This document shows positions 33,926-37,229 of a stretch of DNA of 37,229 nucleotides, one piece after another. Each line of letters opens with the position of its first letter. The first letter of the stretch is position 1. A program made the position numbers and the translations under genes. The notes under the pieces were generated by a model that was given only the letters and a program-made list of their open reading frames with translations, ran no database searches and had not been told where the DNA came from. This DNA comes from Candidatus Uhrbacteria bacterium RIFCSPHIGHO2_02_FULL_53_13 (GTDB lineage: Bacteria > Patescibacteriota > Patescibacteriia > UBA9934 > UBA11717), in assembly GCA_001791035.1 (NCBI GenBank), contig MGDX01000006.1, forward strand, positions 1,787 through 39,015, written 5' to 3'.

Positions 33926-35677
33926 ATGCCAAACGTTCGAAGGCAAAGGATATTCTCCATCGCCGCGGCCGCTCTGTTTGTCGTCGCGTTTTTTGGAGTA
34001 TTTTTTGTTTCGAGCGTGAGCGTGCATGCGCAGAGTGAGCTTGCTACAAACCTTGCGACGGTCAACGCGGAAGTCGGACTTGGCACCACGGACATTCGCA
34101 TTGTGATTGCGCGCGTCATTCGCATCGCGCTTGGGTTTCTCGGCGTCATCGCCGTGGGACTCATGATCTATGCCGGATTCATTTGGATGACTTCCGGCGG
34201 CGATCCGACGAAAATCAAAAAAGCCCAAGGCATCATGATCAACGCGGCTGTGGGGCTCGTAATCATTCTGTCCTCACTTGCCATTACGCAGTTCATTTTG
34301 AGTCGGTTGCTCGATGCCACGGGTGCCGGCGGCTCGGGTACATCGCGATCGGCCGCGGAAATTCTGACGCCGTTTAGCTCGGCGCTTGGCACGGGCATCA
34401 TTGACACGCACTATCCGGCGCGCAATCAAACGGATCTTCCGCGCAACACGAATATCGCCGTGACGTTCCGCCGCGAGATGAATCCTACGACCATCATGCC
34501 TGCGTACGATTCGGCGAATCCCGAGCTCACGTCGGCGCTCAACACGGATGCCATGCGCATCTTCTTTGTGGATGTGGATGATTTGGATGGCGACGGCAAC
34601 ACGACCGAAGAAATTGAGCTTTCCGGTGAACAAGTGGATGTGGGTGTAACGCCCGACAACAAAACTTTTGTGTTCAACCCCAATGTCTATCTTGGCAGTG
34701 AAGAAATGCCGGTGTGGTACACGGTGGAGCTGACAAACGACATTGAGCTTGCGGGCAGTTCCGAATCCATTTTCCGATCGGGCGCATATACATGGACATT
34801 TCAGGTTTCTACCGAGTTGGATTTGATGCCGCCAACTGTGGAGAGCGTCATTCCGCAGGCGAGCACCACGAATGCGCGCAACATCCTTGTACAAATAAAT
34901 TATTCAGAAACGATCAATCCTATTTCGGCGGTGGGGCACGCGCCGACGCCATTTACCAACATCACTTTGCAGACGGTGCCCGTGGGAAGCGGTTCACCGG
35001 CTGGAAATTGGTTGCTTGGAAACGCGTATCGCACATCCGAGTTTGTAGCAGAAACGGCCTGTGGAGTGAACTCGTGCGGCGAAACGATCACCTGTTTGCC
35101 CGAAAATGTTACGGTGAACGTTACGGCTAAAGCGGCCGGACGCGTAGATTCAGACTCGTTTGAAGCCGTATTTCCATACAGCGGGCTCGTTGACATGGCC
35201 GGCAATCGGCTCGACGGCAATGATAACGAGGTGCCCGATGAGACAGACAACTATTCGTGGCAGTTTCAAACGAACAACGACATTGTGTTGACCGAGCCGC
35301 GCGTCACCGCGCTCACGCCGCCTTTGGACGGCAATGTGCCAGCGTCCGAAATCCCGTTCGATCAAACCGTGCGTATTGGATTTGACAGCGCTCTGCAAGT
35401 TTCGACGGTCAATGCGGACAACGTGATTCTGCGCTCGCCTTCAGAGTCGCTGTGGTTTACCAATTCGACGACGCTCATAGACGGCAATCCGCCAGTGCAC
35501 GAGGTGACCATACAGCATGGAGCTTTTTCTGAAGATATTTTGTACGGAGCAGAGCTCGATTCTGGATTGCGCAGTGTCTATCAAAACTGCTTTACCCCCT
35601 CGCGCAGTCAAAGCTGTATTGGTCCGAACTGTTGCAACGAGCAGTCTTCACTGGCGCAGTGCGCGTACCCGCTCTAA
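33926..35677 (+). CDS. Surface protein: signal peptide, T4SS/VirB2-like pilin domain, Ig-like (Big_5-type) domains, Cys-rich tail
   Basis: VHA-Q cleavage site; IARVIRIALGFLG..YAGFIWMTSGGD..IKKAQ..NAAVGL; PARNQTDLPRNTNIAVTF; DVDDLDGDG Ca-binding-like loop. Confidence 0.8.
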   Translation: MPNVRRQRIFSIAAAALFVVAFFGVFFVSSVSVHAQSELATNLATVNAEVGLGTTDIRIVIARVIRIALGFLGVIAVGLMIYAGFIWMTSGGDPTKIKKAQGIMINAAVGLVIILSSLAITQFILSRLLDATGAGGSGTSRSAAEILTPFSSALGTGIIDTHYPARNQTDLPRNTNIAVTFRREMNPTTIMPAYDSANPELTSALNTDAMRIFFVDVDDLDGDGNTTEEIELSGEQVDVGVTPDNKTFVFNPNVYLGSEEMPVWYTVELTNDIELAGSSESIFRSGAYTWTFQVSTELDLMPPTVESVIPQASTTNARNILVQINYSETINPISAVGHAPTPFTNITLQTVPVGSGSPAGNWLLGNAYRTSEFVAETACGVNSCGETITCLPENVTVNVTAKAAGRVDSDSFEAVFPYSGLVDMAGNRLDGNDNEVPDETDNYSWQFQTNNDIVLTEPRVTALTPPLDGNVPASEIPFDQTVRIGFDSALQVSTVNADNVILRSPSESLWFTNSTTLIDGNPPVHEVTIQHGAFSEDILYGAELDSGLRSVYQNCFTPSRSQSCIGPNCCNEQSSLAQCAYPL

Positions 35678-35680
35678 AAC

Positions 35681-37229
35681 ATGACAAAACGATGTACAAA
35701 AATTGTGTTCACCCTTGCCTGGGCGTTCGTGCTCGTTGGGGTGTTCATGTTTGCCGATTCCGCGTTTGCCCAGTTGGATACGGGTCTTGGCGGTCTTGAA
35801 GAAACGGGTCTTGGCTCGGCGGACATCCGCATCATCATTGCGCGCATGATCCGCATCGTGCTTGGGTTTCTTGGCATTGTGGCGCTCGGATTCTTTCTCT
35901 ATGCAGGCGTTCGATGGATGACGTCCGGCGGCAACATAGACACGGTTAAAAAAGCGCAGGCGATTATGGTCAACGCGGCCGTTGGGATCATCATCATTTT
36001 GTCGTCGTACGCCATCACGACCTTTATCATCAATCAGTTACTGGAAGCGACGGGGATTGGGCCTGGAGGATCTCTTACGTCGAGTGTCGGCGGTCCGGGG
36101 GACTGTTTTGGACCTCATTGCGCGAGCGGAGGAAGCGGGTTTGATTTGCGCTCCGTGACGCCGACGGGCTTTGTACCAATCCGCAACGTCGTCGTCCAAA
36201 TCGCCATGAGCTCGAATGTGGACGCGTCAAGCGTTGAGGACAACATTCGCGTGCGCAACACCGATACCGATTTGGAAGTGGACATCCGTGCGTCGGTGAC
36301 AGGGCGAGTGATTCGCGTGCGTCCAACGGCGCCATGCCCCGCGCCCAACACATCGCAGAGTTGCTTTGACGCCCAATCGAACTTTACGGTGGAACTCTAC
36401 GGAGGACTTCAGGGAACCAATGATGTGCTCTTGAGTTGCGGATTCACCGGGTGTCCGGTGACGAGATCGTTTTCGACGGGTGATTTGGTGGATGTATTGC
36501 CGCCAAACGTGGTCATCACGACTCCGCTTAGCGGTTCGGACGTAAGCGTGGACGGTTTTGTGGACGTGGAAGTCACGGTCGTGGACGACGCGGGCGTTGG
36601 TCTTGTTGAGGCGACTGTGGACGGCACAGCCATTGGCACCGACGCACCGGTGGGGAATGAGACTACGTTTGCCGCGCGTTTGGTGTGGGGAACGACGGGT
36701 CTTGAAGTCGGGACGACGCACACGATTGACGCGCTTGGCACGGACATTGCCGGATACAGCGCCTCTGCCGACGATGTGATCGTGTCCGTTATTCCAGCTT
36801 ATTGCTTTAACAATGTTCAGGACGGTGACGAAACAGGTATTGACTGCGGAGGTTCGTGCGGCGCATGTACGGGGGCGGCGTGCGTTGAACACGCGGATTG
36901 TTCAAGCGGTTTTTGTGTGGAAGATGTGTGCGTGGCCTTGCCGGTCATTCAGGCGTTTTCGCCGATGAACGGCGCTCCGGGCACATATGTCACGATTCAA
37001 GGAACGGATTTTGGCACGGCTACGGGAGGCATTACATTTCTTGGAGTGGATGGAGATCCAACGGACGATACCGTAGCCGCGTTGGCATGCGCCGAAGGGT
37101 GGGGCAATTCGCAGGTGGTGGTGCACGTGCCAACGGCGGCAAAAAGCGGCCCGATTCAGCTCTACACGGCAACCGGATCGTCCGATATCACGAACAACAC
37201 CGTTGGACCGGATCTCCCCGATTTTACGG
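35681..37229 (+). CDS. Second pilin-like surface protein, partial (runs off the window): pilin domain, Ig-like domains, Cys-rich repeat, IPT/TIG domain
   Basis: Absent from the ORF track (no in-frame stop found before the window end); manual translation MTKRCTKIV...AFA-QLDTGLGG...IARMIRIVLGFLG..YAGVRWMTSGGN..VKKAQ; CFNNVQDGDETGIDCGGSCGAC at 36803; PVIQAFSPMNGAPGTYVTIQGTDFG. Confidence 0.85.
   Translation, partial: MTKRCTKIVFTLAWAFVLVGVFMFADSAFAQLDTGLGGLEETGLGSADIRIIIARMIRIVLGFLGIVALGFFLYAGVRWMTSGGNIDTVKKAQAIMVNAAVGIIIILSSYAITTFIINQLLEATGIGPGGSLTSSVGGPGDCFGPHCASGGSGFDLRSVTPTGFVPIRNVVVQIAMSSNVDASSVEDNIRVRNTDTDLEVDIRASVTGRVIRVRPTAPCPAPNTSQSCFDAQSNFTVELYGGLQGTNDVLLSCGFTGCPVTRSFSTGDLVDVLPPNVVITTPLSGSDVSVDGFVDVEVTVVDDAGVGLVEATVDGTAIGTDAPVGNETTFAARLVWGTTGLEVGTTHTIDALGTDIAGYSASADDVIVSVIPAYCFNNVQDGDETGIDCGGSCGACTGAACVEHADCSSGFCVEDVCVALPVIQAFSPMNGAPGTYVTIQGTDFGTATGGITFLGVDGDPTDDTVAALACAEGWGNSQVVVHVPTAAKSGPIQLYTATGSSDITNNTVGPDLPDFT

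Noticed and set aside
1..37229. Numerous antisense or overlapping ORFs in the six-frame track, and possible UGA recoding (code 25)
   Set aside because: They shadow well-supported genes on the other strand or frame. Conserved genes (asnS, aspS, scpA, parA, der) end at TGA at the expected lengths, which supports code 11.

Overview
Housekeeping-rich window from a bacterium using genetic code 11, most likely a Patescibacteria/CPR (Parcubacteria-like) genome. This is inferred from the missing rpmD in the spc operon, a short AspRS without the GAD insert, T4SS-pilin-type fusion proteins, and scarce Shine-Dalgarno motifs. Gene order: spc tail (rplE-rpsN-rpsH-rplF-rplR-rpsE-rplO-secY), adk-map-yqgF-recO-asnS, ddl, aspS-scpA-scpB-S11 carboxypeptidase, two Met tRNAs, lemA-TPM, tRNA-Leu, parAB, a C-terminally truncated Rel, a divergent RelA/SpoT-synthetase-like gene, topA-dprA-pth-der-LCP (minus strand), lepB-hisS-rpsU-yqeY, a 161-bp MITE-like element, and two tandem pilin-like/Ig-domain surface-protein genes. 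The most unusual element lies on the minus strand between secY and adk. It is a 76-nt tRNA-shaped sequence with alanine identity elements (G3:U70, A73) but a non-Ala, non-canonical anticodon loop. It sits inside a ~180-nt structured RNA with a candidate promoter, and the RNA's 5' leader is complementary to 21 contiguous nt of the tRNA's own anticodon arm. All calls are made by eye from sequence motifs; no searches were run.
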